Assembly: GCF_009914755.1 (NCBI RefSeq)
Contig: NC_060946.1
Reading direction: 5' to 3' (one strand)
DNA from: the human T2T-CHM13v2.0 reference genome, Homo sapiens
DNA: 64,000 nt
The notes under the pieces were generated by a model. The model saw only the letters and a program-made list of their open reading frames with translations, had not been told where the DNA came from and ran no database searches. A program made the position numbers and the translations under genes. This document shows, in pieces, positions 27,398 to 41,706 of the stretch. Numbering within the stretch: the first letter of the stretch is position 1; each line of letters begins with the position of its first letter.

Positions 27398-28043
27398 CAC
27401 ACACACACATGCATTGACATGCACTCTTACACACTTACACTCCCACCCATGCTCACAGACACGCACACATTCACACACCTCCTGTCACATACACACACCC
27501 ATCCACACCCACACTCACTCTTACTTCCTCACACTCACCTGCACACTCACCCGCATCCTCTCACACTCATCTCACATACATACTCACACATCCACCTAAA
27601 AACACACCCTCCCTCACACACACAGACACACCCACACTTACACACACATGCTGTCGCACAGGTGCACACACGCTCTCACACAGCTACACATACACACGCT
27701 CTCACGCAGGTGCACACACACACACATGCTCTCAAGTGCACACACACGCTGTCATACAGGTGCACACACGCTCTCACACAGGTATACACAGACGCTCTCA
27801 CACAGATGCACACACACGCTGTCACACACGCTCTCACACAGGTACACACACGCTGTCACACAGGTGCACACACATGCTCTCACAGGTACACACACATGCT
27901 ATCACACAGGTGCACACACACTGTCACACAGGTGCACACACACATGCTCTCACACAGGTACACACACACGCTGTGACACAGGTGCACACACATGCTCTCA
28001 CAAAGGTGCACACACACGCTCTCACACAGGTACACACACACAC
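27398..28043. repeat. CA-rich low-complexity tract grading into a ~22-26 bp minisatellite, CAGGT(G/A)CACACAC..GCT(C/G)TCACA
   Basis: Seen directly. It explains the His/Thr-rich pseudo-ORFs. Confidence 0.95.
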
Positions 28044-29599
28044 GTTTAGTGTATGCGGAGTCACATTTGTTCTCCAGAGCTTGTTGGATTGGATGATCTC
28101 AAGTGTCCCTCACAAGTTGTCAGCATCCATGGTTCCATTCAAATTGGGAACTTTCCAGGGCTTTGAGCCCTAAATTCTGGAGAGCAGCAGTTGTTACAGA
28201 GAAAAGTCATAATGAAGAGAGTCTAAACAACTATGAGAGACTTTCTACCCTCCTTTGCTCTTCCTCCCCCATCCATCATGGCCAGCAGGCGGGATGTGTC
28301 CTTTCACTAGTGATGGAAGATGAAGAACATCTGTAGATCCCCAGGGAGCTGCATTTATTAAAAAAAGGTCTGCATAGCCCTATTAATACACAATGTCTTG
28401 CCCATCCTTGGGTCCATCTATACAGTACTGATCCATCTTTAAATACATGTAAAAATAAAATGCAAACATAGACTATCTGGCAAAAAATAAAATAAAATAA
28501 ACATATGTAGATGAGGAATAAAATTAAGATGCATGGTATGTTTTGGTTTGGAGCTATTTTCTCAGTGAGCAGTCATCAACGTAAAGAAACTGATGTGTGG
28601 GGCTGCAGAGAAATGGATTGTCTTGGAGAAGTCTCAGCGCTAAGTCTGGAGTCAGGCGTCTTCTCCCCTAGGGCAGGCGTGTGCTTCCAATGTTCCTGCT
28701 GCTTGGGGCAGGGATGGCCCCGCCATCCTTTGCTATCTCTCTGATCTCTCCACAGGCTGCTATGTCCCTCCGCCTGGTGAGAAGACAGACTCTCCCAAGC
28801 ACAAAGCCACGCTGTCTTGAGCTGGCACCTTCCTGCGTGGGAACCCAGAATCACTCTCAACAGCCCTTTCTTTCTCCCTGCAGCCTGTGAGCTGGGGAGG
28901 CGGCCAGCTGGGGTGGTTCCCACATTGGGAAACTGGGTGGGGCCTGGGGAGCCCCTTGGCCTTGGTCAAGAAGACAGACCCAGGCCCCTCCCTGGGAATT
29001 CTATATAATGCAGAAGTGGCGAGAGAAAGAGAGCTTTGTGGATAGTCGCCTCCCATTGGGACATGGATTGGTTGGCCACTGACACTGATGTGGGCAGAAA
29101 GAAGTGGCTGTTGTTTTACCAGGGCTGGCACCTGGTTAGGACGAAGCCCAATCCCCTTTGGAGGGCCCCAGATGGGGTTCAAGTGGGAAAAAATGGATCT
29201 CAGGGCAGAATCTGATGTGGATTCCTTTCTGGGTGTTGAGAAAAACACAAAACAATAACTCTTCCTTTCGCCTCCTAAGAAGTAGAGTAGGTTCAGCAGG
29301 ATGAAGTAGGTTTCTTGGGATTAAGGGTACGTAGGATGTTCTTTGGCAAAGGTGGTCATGCTTTGAAAAGGGGGATGCTCTATGGAGCTGTGGGGAAGAG
29401 GGAAGAGGGGAGGTTCCCACATATAGGGTGTTGTGTCAGAAATGAAGAGGGAGGCAGCTTCTCCTTCTCACTATCTCCTCCCCCAGAGAGGGACCCAGCA
29501 ACAGGAGTCAAGGGTTGCCCCCAACACAGCTGAGCAGGACCCTCCCCACTGTGGGTCTTGATGCAGAGCATGGGCCGTTCGGTCATTGCTCATGGATGA

Positions 29600-30370
29600 A
29601 ACGACCAAGCCTGTCTTCCATGTTTCAGGCACAATAAACAAAAGATTTCAAGAAGCTCACTGTGTACTAGGGAAGGCAGACAAGCCAACAGGCAGATCTG
29701 ACATAGTGCCATGATAGTGGAAGGTTGGCAGCCATGGGAGTTCCCAGGAGGGTACCCCATCAGGACTTGAAGAGCCAGGGATGGCTTTCTCGAAGAAGCA
29801 ACATTTAAGCTGAGAGTTCAAAGATGAGTTGGGCTTAGTAGGATGAAGGAGGGGCAGAGGGCGTATTCTAGACAGAAGGATTTGTACGTGCAAAGGCTTA
29901 GGGATGAGAGAAAGATGGTGAGTTCCAAGAGTTCAATACAGCTGAAGGTTTTACCATATGTAAGTTTCCCCAAATGAGGTGATGCCAGAGAAATGAGCGT
30001 GGCTCTGATGTGCAGGACAGTGCTGAGGAGTATAGGCTTTCTCCTGGGGGCAAAATCATCTCCTGGGAGCCCTGATGGGTATGGAGCTCCAGAGTGGCAC
30101 GATTGCATATGAGCTACTCTGTGGAGGTGTGGCTACTCTGTGGGAGTTGGACTCAAAGGGGATAAAGGCGGGGAGGCTGTTGCTGAAACCCAGGCAAGAG
30201 ATGGCAAGGGTGAGAGTGTGGATAGTGGCACAGGGGATGAGTGCTGGGCGGGAGGGGACCCAGATGGAGGGCAGCCTAGATATGGGTAGAGTAGGAGAGG
30301 GAGAAGGAGAGGTCAAAGGTGATGCCAGGTTTCTGGTTTAGCAGAGACTGAGATTGTTTTCCAAGCTGTG
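29600..30370 (-). mobile_element. L2 fragment
   Basis: ggatggctttctcgaagaagcaacatttaagctgag, gtacgtgcaaaggc and ggtgatgccaggtttctggtttagc. Confidence 0.7.
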
Positions 30371-32670
30371 AATTGCACCCTTCCAGCTTTGGGGAAGCCA
30401 TTTCTGCAGCCAGTCTTGTCTGTCCCTGAGGGATGGTTCTGGAGTTGGAATTGGGGTGGGGAGGCACCTGGGAAAGCGATGTTCCAGTGAAGATAGTGGT
30501 TCTGATAGAAAGACTGGACGCTGGCCTGCATATTTCTCATGCAAATCTGCCACCAGAATGTTCATGTCATGAGGGAAGGGGCTTTGCTTCTGTTGCTCTC
30601 TTTTGTTGCTACAGGTAATGCCTATCAGTGCTACCAGTTGCTAGAATAATGCCTGACACACAGGAGATGCACAGAAAATGTTTGTTGAATGGGAAAATGA
30701 TGGTGGCTACAGGTACAGGATTGGGAGGATTTACCATTCCAATCAGTGAAATGGGATAATTGGATCCCTTTGATATGTCACAGAAACGTCACTCTGGTTT
30801 CATCATTCCTTTTGATCAAAGGGTGTCTAAGATGGTGCAGATGACCAGAATGGAGAGAAGAGGGATAATGGCATATGTATGCACACATAGGTATGTAAAG
30901 TACACGCCCTAGATGATAAACAAGGCAATACACCATGATGGCTTAATAACTTTCACTGTCATCATCAGCATGGGTATCATCACTAGCTTAGATTGATACG
31001 TTAACGTGTACCAGACACCAAAACTTGCAGGCGCTTTATATCCATTATCTCATCTAATCATCACAGAAACCCTATGGAGGAGATCCTGATATGATTATAG
31101 TTGGACTCATGCAGAAACTGAGACTCAGAGAGGTAACAGATGTACCCCTTGTCACACACCTCAGCTGTGCCGGGCCAAAGACTGAACAAAGTTCTGTCTG
31201 AATCTAAGGCCACTTTCCCTCTAGTCTGAGCTCTTGTTTCATGGAAGAAACAAATATGGTTGAAACAGAAACTAAGGGTAGAGAGAAAACTCTGCAATGT
31301 CCCAGGAGGCCTCTAGGCTTGGTAAGAGTCCAAATGGGCCGGAGAACTTTCTTTGGCCCCTGACCTGGCTGGACAGTCAGCAGGAAGTATCATCTTGTGG
31401 GTTTGTTAATTTACCATCCACCTGCAAGCCTTGTCATATATCTTCCAGACCTGACAAAATACCCTCACCTAACACAACCCTGTCCCTGCTTAGTGTCTTT
31501 TCAAAACCACCACCAAATCTGAGAAGGGAGAGCCAGGAGCAGGTGCTTGCCACATCCTCTCCTGGAATCAGAGTGCAGCAACCTAGGGCTATTGTCCAGC
31601 TGCCCGGGACATGGCATCTTAGGTTGGGGTGATTCTGGAGACACTGGGAGAACAGCTGGCATCTGGTGTGCTGGGCTGATGCTGGAGACGTTATTAAAAA
31701 GTGCCTCCTGCAACTCTGCACCCCACCCCAGCCCCAGAGTAACACGTTTCTTCTCTTTCACCCAAGGGTACCCTCTAGAGAGATGAGTCACTGCTCTGGG
31801 GGAAGGAAGTTACTATGGAATCTGAAATCAAAGGTGCCACTTTTCTGATTATTAAGCTAAAAGCCAGCTAAGCTGCATGAAGGCTGACAGATTCAGTTGC
31901 CTGCTTTTGTTGTTTTTCTTCTCACTGCAAACTTGATGAAAGTCTCCCTGAGCTAGCAAGTGGTGAGCGGGAGGCGAGATCACAGACAGGGACCCAGTGA
32001 GGGGGAAGAATTTCCCCTTTGCCCTAGGAGCCCCATGATGGCCAGAAACCTAATCAGAGCCCAGGTGTCCTGCTGGTTGTTGTTGCATGAGGACCACAGG
32101 TGAACTGGAGGAAATATCTGTCTTGAAGACATTGTTCAGCTCTCATCCAAACTGTCATTGTGTGGTCAATCCCCTATCCAGTGGTCCAGAGCACTCTTCC
32201 AGCCCCAGGATGAACTCTGAGGATGAAGACTACCTGAAAGGTATCTCAGATGATACTGGCCCAAGATCTCCCCTGAGGAGCCCTCCCAGCCCCTGCCCTT
32301 GAGCACGCATATTGAAAGCAATACTGTCTTTCATCAAGCCTCCTGCCTTCACAGTGTGTCCACTTGCAGAGAAGTTCTGGGTGATGTCCACAATGCTGGT
32401 TCATTAAGGCGTATCCCAGGGGCTGGAAGCCAGTCATCTCATCAGGGAAGGGCCTGGGTATTTGGAAGGAGCTGGGCAGAGGCAACAGGTCCCAGACAGC
32501 TTGGCACCAGCAAGATTTATCTGGGCATTTGTCAGAACTGCCAGCTTGTCCTAGGGAGTTTCCCTATCTGCAGAAGCCCGGAGGTGTGTGGACAGGGCCC
32601 TGTGCCAGTGCAAAGTCTCAGTGTAGCCTCCTTCTCCAGACAAACACCAATCATAACAGCTTCCATTTTC

Positions 32671-32994
32671 TTTCTTTTATTTTCTTTCTTTTTTTTTTTT
32701 TTTTTTTTTTTGACAGAGTCTCGCTCCGTTGCCCAGGCTGGAATGCAGTGGCACGATCTTGGCTCATGCAAACTCCACCTCCTGGGTTCACGCCATTCTC
32801 CTGCCTCAGCCCCCCGAGTAGCTGGGACTACAGGCACCCACCACCACTCCCGGTTAATTTTTTGTTTTTTTTTTTTAGTAGAGACGGGGTTTCACCGTGT
32901 TAGCCAGGATGGTCTCAATCTCTTGACCTTGTGATCTGCCCACCTCGGCCTCCCAAAGTGCTGGGATTACAGGCGTGAGCCACTGTGCCCAGCC
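32671..32994 (-). mobile_element. AluY
   Basis: 16-bp TSD AACAGCTTCCATTTTC at 32655-32670 and 32995-33010. Confidence 0.95.
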
Positions 32995-33668
32995 AACAGC
33001 TTCCATTTTCAAATGGCACCCACGTGACAGGCCTTGTGCGGCCAGCTCTACATGATGTCATCACATCCTTCTGAGAACCATGCACACTTGGGAATTATTC
33101 TTCCCCTTTACAGGTGAGAAAACAAAGCTCAGAGGCTGGTGACAGAACCACGACAATTTGAAGTCTAATCAGTATGGTTTCAAAGCTCAAATTCTTTGCA
33201 ATTAAACTCAACACATACATATTGGACATACATGTTGTGGCAGACGCAATGCTAGACTCAGGGGCTTCAGAGATGGATAACGCTGTTCCTATCCTGGAGG
33301 AGCTTACCAGAAGCTTTGACATACCCCTGAAAATGCTCTAGCACCTGGGATTAAGGAGGCTTAGAGGAAGGAGGAATTCACTCTTTCTGGGTAATCGGTG
33401 ATGAGTTTTTCAGAAGCAGTGATCCTCTATCCAGCTTTCGAGGAGTGTGCCAGGGGAAGAAGACCCTTCCAAATGCGCTAGTATGTAACACATCTGTACT
33501 AGGATGTTTACTGTACCATTGTTCATGGAAGACTGCAGGGCAGTGTGCATACCATAAATCCTCATTGGTAGGGGACTGGTGGAATAAATTGTGGCTCAAT
33601 CACATCAAAGAATATTTTGAAACCATTGAAAGAAACAAATTAGAGTCATATCAAAATGACACAAGATT

Positions 33669-34104
<436 letters not shown>

Positions 34105-34684
34105 TCAAAGGTAAGGAGATGTAAATAATGTCTAGGGAACTACAAAGAGCTCAGTTCTGCTGGAGTGTCATGAGGAAGGTGAGGCCTCAGAGGAAGGCAG
34201 GAAGTTCCCAGGAGCTGAATAGTAGGTGTGGTTGGAATGAGAGTTTGATTTGGCAATTGGATAGGCATCTTTAGGAACTGGCCCAATCTGGGGAGATTCG
34301 TGGCTGAATTCAGGCTGGGATTGGGTGTTGTAATGGTCACAGCCCTACAGAAAAGGTGGAAATGAATTTGACTCTAGAATGGAAGTCCAGTCAATGGAGT
34401 GAAGCAGAACATTGGACAGGAGAATCCAGGCACCTGCGGCCCAGTCCAGTCTAGCACAAACTCACTGTGGGCTCTCAGATGTCCCTTTTCCTTTCTGAAT
34501 CTCTCCTGTCTATTCCCACTTCTCTCCAAATGTGTGATGTCAGATCACACAGAACGCCCCAGCCACATCCAGGCAAGGTCCCTCAACAATTAGTCCAGGC
34601 AGGACAACAAACTCTAACCACATATCTGTCCCCACAGCTTCACTGAAAGTACTCTTACTAAGATCATCCTTGTTGTTGAAAGAC

Positions 34685-34848
34685 CTTCCTCCTCCTCCTC
34701 CTCCTTCATCCTCCTCCTCCTTCCTCCTCCTCTCCTCCTCCTTCTTCTCCTTCTTCTCCTTCTTTCTTCCTCTTCTTCCTCTTCCTCTTTTTCTCCTTCT
34801 CCTTCTCCATCTCCTCTTCTTCCTCCTCCTCCTCCTCTTTCTTCTTTC
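34685..34848. repeat. (CCT/CTT)n polypyrimidine repeat
   Basis: Seen directly. It is the source of the Glu/Arg-rich pseudo-ORF. Confidence 0.95.
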
Positions 34849-35004
34849 ATCAGAAGCATTTGACTAAGGAGCCATCCTCTCCTTTGCAAAACACTATTCA
34901 TCTCAGCTTGTGTGACAGGACAACTCTTATGGTTTTTCTTCTCTTCCTTCATATTCTTTGCTGGCTCTTCTTTTTTAAACTCTGAAATTTAACTGCTACT
35001 CTAT

Positions 35005-36080
<1,076 letters not shown>

Positions 36081-37226
36081 AGCTTCCACAGTAGTTTTCT
36101 TCATGCTTATTTTACTAAATTACCTTGATTATTTACCTTGTCTATATCTTTCTTCTCTGTTTCTCCCACTAGAATATAAACTCCATGAGGGCAGAGCCTA
36201 GTCTGCTTTATTTATGTCCTCAGCACCTCAATGCCTGACATGTAATAGAGGTTCAGGTAATATTCTGTAATCGAATGAATAAATAATTATTGATTTCTAC
36301 TTCTAAAAGTCCTTCTTTATTTACTTCTAAACTACAGCTCGCCATGGTGCCTTGGATAAATCTCTCATTCTAGCCACATCCTCAGATATTCTCTTTCCTT
36401 TTCTGTGGCTCCAGCTCAAATTCAATTTTCTCCATGTGGTCTCCTTTGACTTTTTATGGCAGAATTATGCACTCCCTTCTCTGTGCTCCCATACCCTTTG
36501 CCTCTGCCTGAATTCATGCACTTGTTTAATTCTACTTGATAGTACTGTTTGTTTTTCCCTTGTTTGTCTTCCCCAGAAGACTGTCAACTCTTTGAGGACA
36601 GAGGTCATGCTCTAATTTTGTCTGTATTCCACAGCATCTAGTTCAGTGTGTTTTTCAAATCAAGACACCTTGTTGAATGGGATGGGATCTGGCTGACAGC
36701 ACTCTCACACCGTTGCTTGCACAGACTGGCCAACTGGTTTACCTGGTTTGCCCAACAAAGCCTCCTTAGATCTAGGTTGACTCCCTGTTCCAGAAGGCAA
36801 TCCTGTGTACTCAACTTGCTAGTAGGTTTCATCCTTTGGATTCAGAATTTCCTATTTGTTCAGAGTTGTAAATTTCAGTGCCAAGCTACAAGTCCAACTC
36901 CATTCATTATCCTCTCTTTTATGTTCATGGCATATTTCAAAGTCAACATCTAAAGTCAAAAATCAAAGGATTTCCAAACTTAGTTTTTCCTCTCTCTTGA
37001 GGTTCCTTCCATATATCTAGGCTATTGCTAACATCAAATGTCCCAGCTCCAGAAATGCAGGCTGGGCTGACTTTTTTCTATGCTCTAGAAGAAAGCTGTG
37101 AAACTCAGCAAGATGTGATTCCTCCCCTTCTCCACATATCTTCACTTGTTAAATTCTACTTCTTATTTAAAGCTCAGCACAATCAATCTTTTCTATGTTT
37201 CACATATCACTTGCCATGATAAGGGA

Positions 37227-37587
37227 GGTGGGAGCTTGCCTGGCAGGCTCAAGGAATGGCAAGAAGGGTGATGTAGCTTGGTGAAGTGAGGGAGGAGAGA
37301 GTATGGGAGATGAGGTGGCAGAGTCGACAGGGGTTGCAGAGGGTGTAGAGAAGTGGTTCTCAACCAGGGGGCCATTTTGACCTCCAGGGATATTTGGCAA
37401 CGTCTGGAGACATTTTTGGTTGTTACAACTTGGGAGTGGGGGGTGGGATGCTACTGGCATCGAGTTAGTAGACAAAGGTCAGGGATAGTGCCAAATGGCT
37501 TGCCTGGCAGGTTTGAGGGTATAGAGGAATGGTTCTCAACCAGGGGCCATTTTGGCCCCAGGGGATATTTGGCAATGTCTGGATATT
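37227..37587 (+). repeat. Local duplicated copies of an L2/MER20 junction
   Basis: 37227-37486 aligns to 38305-38549. A third partial copy lies at 37497-37587. Confidence 0.88.
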
Positions 37588-37839
37588 TACCTTGTGCCTG
37601 GATTTGTTCTAGATACACTTTCACCTACATGCCCTCTAATCTTCTCAACAGCCATGGAACACACATATGATCCCATTTACCATATGAGAAAACCACGACT
37701 CAGAGAGGCTGAGGTTCCTGGTCAGTATGTGACCAGGGCAAGACTGGACTTCAGCTCACCTGACCAGGAAGACAGTGCTTTCTCCACCCTATTTGGCTGT
37801 TGCAGCTGCTGACTCAATCCACCATTCACAATAGTACCT

Positions 37840-38810
37840 CACTTTATTCAACAAATATTTTGCAAACACTTCCTATGCACCAGGCAGTGTTCTAAGCACT
37901 CAGAACACATTAGTGGATATAGCAAACAAAAGCCCATGAAGGCATGTAGATAGTTATATTCTAGTTGTGGGAGACATACTAAAAACGATCAATAGATAAA
38001 ACAAGTTATGAAGTACTAGAAAGTAAAAAGAGGTATGAAATGAACTGCAGGGCAAGTGGGATAGAGAGTCCTGGAGGTATGGGATGGTGGACACAATTTC
38101 AAATACAGCTGTCACGAAGCCACATTATGATGGTGATGTTTGAGCCGAGACTTAGCAGAGGTAAGAGAGTTAGTCATGTGGGATTGGGGAAAGACGATGT
38201 AGCTTGGTGAAGTGAGGGAGGAGAGAGTATGGGAGATGAGGTGACAAAGTCGACAGTCCGTGGAAAGAGCATCCCAGGTAGACAGCTGGTACAAAGGCTC
38301 TGAAGTGGGAGCTCGTCTGGCAGGTTTGTGGAATGGCAAGAAGGCTGATGCAGCTGGGGAAAGTGAGGGAGGAGAGGGCACGGGAGATGAGGGGCAGCAG
38401 GGGTTGCAGAGGGTGGAGAGGAGTGGTTCTCAACCAGGGGCCATTCTGACCCCAGGGGATATGGGCAATGTCTGGAGACATTTTTGGTTGTCACAACTTG
38501 GGAGTGGGGGTGGGATGCTACTGGCCTCTAGTAGGCAAAGGTCAGGGATTCTGCAAAACATCCTACAATGCACAAGTCTGCCCCCACAAAATAGAATTAT
38601 CCAGCTCCAAATATCAATCGTGTAGAGACTGAGAGACTGGTTGAGAGCCAAGATCTTTTGAGGATCTTGAACAGAGGAGTGACATGATTTGACTTACATT
38701 TTGCAAGATGCCTCTGGCTGCTGTATTGAGAATAGACTATAAGGATAAGGGCAAGGGAGGAAGCAGGGACACCAGTCTGGAGATTACTGCAGTCACCCAG
38801 GAATTAGATG
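37840..38810 (-). mobile_element. L2 interrupted by MER20
   Basis: Starts ttattcaacaaatattttgcaaacacttcctatgcaccaggc and resumes after MER20 with gaggagtgacatgatttgacttacattttg. Confidence 0.8.
38421..38639 (+). mobile_element. MER20, full length
   Basis: agtggttctcaaccagggg..aaacatcctacaatgcaca..gaattatccagc, with TSD gtggagag/gttgagag. Confidence 0.88.
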
Positions 38811-39754
38811 TAGGACGACTCATCCCCTTCTAGGGTGGAAGGCCCTGGAAGCCAGGGAGGAAGGGCAGTAGCATTTACGGAGCACCCAGAGGGTGCTAGG
38901 CTTTCATATACATTATCTCTTTAGACCCCATCTGATCTTTATTAGTCCCAGCACTTGGATTGGAGTTAAGTTGTTTAAGTAGTTTGACATCGCTGGATGT
39001 AAATGAGGCTTTGAGTAGAAAGAAGAGAAGGTTTTTATTGCACAGCGTTTGACGAATCAGTATTTATTCTGGGTGATGTTATTTTTCCACCAATAGGGTG
39101 GATGCCTGGACTGCAGGTAGGCACATGCCCTTGTAAAGGCACACGAAGAAACTCTTGGAGAAGCCCAGACAGAGCTCTCCTGTGGTACCCATGTGTTATC
39201 ATTTAGCAGATATGCCCTTGGAAGGTGCCTTGGTGAGGCTAGCTGTGACACATTCCGTTAAGAATAAACATTTGCATAGGGCACCTGAAGCCAGGCACCT
39301 GTGGCCACTTTTCCTGGAAGAGCCAAGCTCTTGAAAATATCTACATTAGGGTCTTTCCTCCAAGAACTGGAAGGTCATCCATGCAAGAGTGGACAAATAG
39401 GTGTGATGCGGGTTGCAGAGGAGCAAGAAGCTCAGCCAATAAAATGCCAGATGGTGACTCACAGCAAGTGATGATGGAGTGAGCTTGTTTGTGTCATGCC
39501 AGTGAAATAATTCATGACCATATCAATGGTGTGGTCCTGCTCTTTCTTCTGCGGAGGGGAGCGGGGTGGGGGGCAGTGCAGGAGATGATGTTGATGACAT
39601 TTTCTGCCTCTTAATTGCCTTCCCCCTTCCTGGGGTAGGTGATCAGGCTGACCAAACCCCTCCTCCTTAGAACTCTCTCCTCTCTAGGCTTCCATGGCCA
39701 TACTTTTTATGCCCTCAGCTCCTTCCTGGTGCCATTTCTTCTGCCTGGAATGCT

Positions 39755-40160
39755 TGTTTCTTAGGGCTCCTGTAGCTCTGCTTCACAGATCGGGTGGTTT
39801 AAAAACAGCAGAAATGTATTCTCGCAGTTCTGGAGGCTGGAAGTCTGAAATAAGTAGGGGCTTCCTCTTCCTAGCTTCTGGTGGTTGATGGCAATCTTTG
39901 GCGTTCCTTGGCTTACAGCTGTGTCACTCCAGTCTCTGCCTCTGTCACCACATGGTGATCCCGTGTGTTTCTATTTTCACATGGCCGTCTTCTATAAGGA
40001 CAACAGTGATATTGTGGTGACATCTATAAGATGTCTTCATGCTGGTCCTAATGCTCAGTACTTCAGAAGGAAGTATTTACTTGGAAATAGTGTCCTTGCA
40101 GATGTCATTGTCCTTACCTTTTTTATGTGTGTTGGGGGGAATACAATTTAACCCATAACA
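39755..40160 (-). mobile_element. MLT1C-like LTR with an internal inversion
   Basis: Antisense MLT1 motifs (cagttctggaggctggaagtctga; ttaacccataaca). Segment ~40029-40116 is in the opposite orientation. Confidence 0.8.
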
Positions 40161-40359
40161 ATACCCTTCTCTACTTTCCCCTCATAGTCTAGAAGTACAC
40201 TAGCAAGCAAGCTAACACTGCAGTTTCTGGGAGAATTCTTAGGTTCTCTTGCTATTGGGGCCCTCACTGAATGGATGGATGCAAGTCTCTTCAGATTGTT
40301 GTTTTGCTGCATTCGTGGACTTTTGGTCCACTAGTATTCATTCCTAAAAGGAACAATTC

Positions 40360-40815
40360 CTATCCCACCCATGTGATCCCAATTGAGCATCAAATATGAT
40401 GCATAGATTCCCAAACAACAGTGGTTAATCAGAGTGCTGCATCCCTCCCAGGAACAATGATTGATCCAGTGGGGGAACATGACCCAAGAAGGGACGATCA
40501 CAGTTCTTCTGTGAAATACTGAAATAAGGCGTTAGGAGAGTGAGTCTTCCTTTCTTTTGAACACAGTTGGAGCTTGCAGAAGCCTTCTTGTCTACCACAT
40601 AAAGTGATCTAATCTAAATAATGAAGCAGGAACAAGCAGAGCAGAGAGAGGAGACAGAGATAGAGCCCTGATGACATCATTTCAGGTCCTAGATCCAGCT
40701 GTGCCTGAAGCCATTGGCCCTGGAATTCTAAGAAACAAAAACAATGACTTTCCTTTTTCTCTTAACTACTTGGAGTTGGGTTTTTTCTTATTTCATTTGA
40801 AGGAGTTTATTAATT
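40360..40815 (+). mobile_element. MLT1K-like LTR
   Basis: gagccctgatgacatcatttcaggtcctagatccagctgtgcctgaagcc and ttggagttgggttttt. Confidence 0.7.
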
Positions 40816-41270
40816 CAGCTGCCTTCCACCATCACCAAGCTCTTTTCTAAAACAGCAACCACATCATTGTCAAACATTGCATTAACACTAACTCTTTACA
40901 ATGCAAGGCACTCTACAGAGCAATTTCTTGCACTTGAAAGCATTGAATTAGGATTCCCCTTGCTGAACTCTGAGCCCTCAAGCACACCATGCATTTGGCA
41001 AAATGCCTTGGATGTTTTTTACATTCATGGCTTTTTAACTGTCACTGCTACACGTTCATGAAAAGGGGCTCATAATGCAATAAAGAGAGCCCTAAAACAG
41101 ATGTCAGAAAATGTGGGTTCAAGTTCCGGCTCTTCCAATTACTAGCAGTGTGACCGTCAAAAAGTTACTTGGTTTCTCTGAGCCCCAATTTCTCTATCAG
41201 TGTAACAGGCACACTCATTTCCTGCCCTATCTAATTCTCAAGATTGTTGGGAGGACGAAATGAGATAAAG

Positions 41271-41515
41271 TAGGAATTGGCAAACTGTGGCTCATGGGCC
41301 AAATATGGTCCACTGCCTCTTTTTTTATAAACCAAGTTTTATTGGGACACAGCCATGCCCCATTGTTTATATATGGCTACATTCCTTTCACACTACAGCA
41401 GCGGAGCCAGGTGACAGACTTTATGGCCGGCAAGCAGAAAAGTAACATTATGTCAAGGGCATTTTCCCATTCTATTTACTGTCTGGACTTTACAGAAGAA
41501 CTTTGACAATTCCTG
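41271..41515 (+). mobile_element. MER58 (hAT-Charlie)
   Basis: ggcaaactgtggctcatgggccaaat..aagttttattgggacacagccatgccc..tttacagaagaactttgacaattcctg. Confidence 0.8.
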
Positions 41516-41706
41516 CTCTACAAACACAAGGTAGGGTTTCTGTTGACAGCAGGGTTTCCTCAGGTGATTCCTATATCCCTACCTGGAAAACTTCTTCAAG
41601 GAGTTTTTCTAAAGTGATAACATCCAAAATTAGCAAGATGAATGATGAAAGTGAGAACAAACTTTCTGGAGGGCAATTTGACAACACTTCGAAAGCCTCA
41701 GAAATA

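Noticed and set aside
27640-28043. CRISPR-like array
   Set aside because: There are no unique spacers. It is a degenerate eukaryotic minisatellite with no cas genes.
27147-28173. His/Thr/Cys-rich ORFs resembling metal-binding proteins
   Set aside because: They are open in all frames because the CA-rich VNTR lacks stop codons.
32299-32934. 211-aa ORF
   Set aside because: The C-terminal part is antisense Alu translation and the start is non-ATG.
34614-34952. Glu/Arg-rich ORF
   Set aside because: It is the translation of a (GAG/GAA)n simple repeat.
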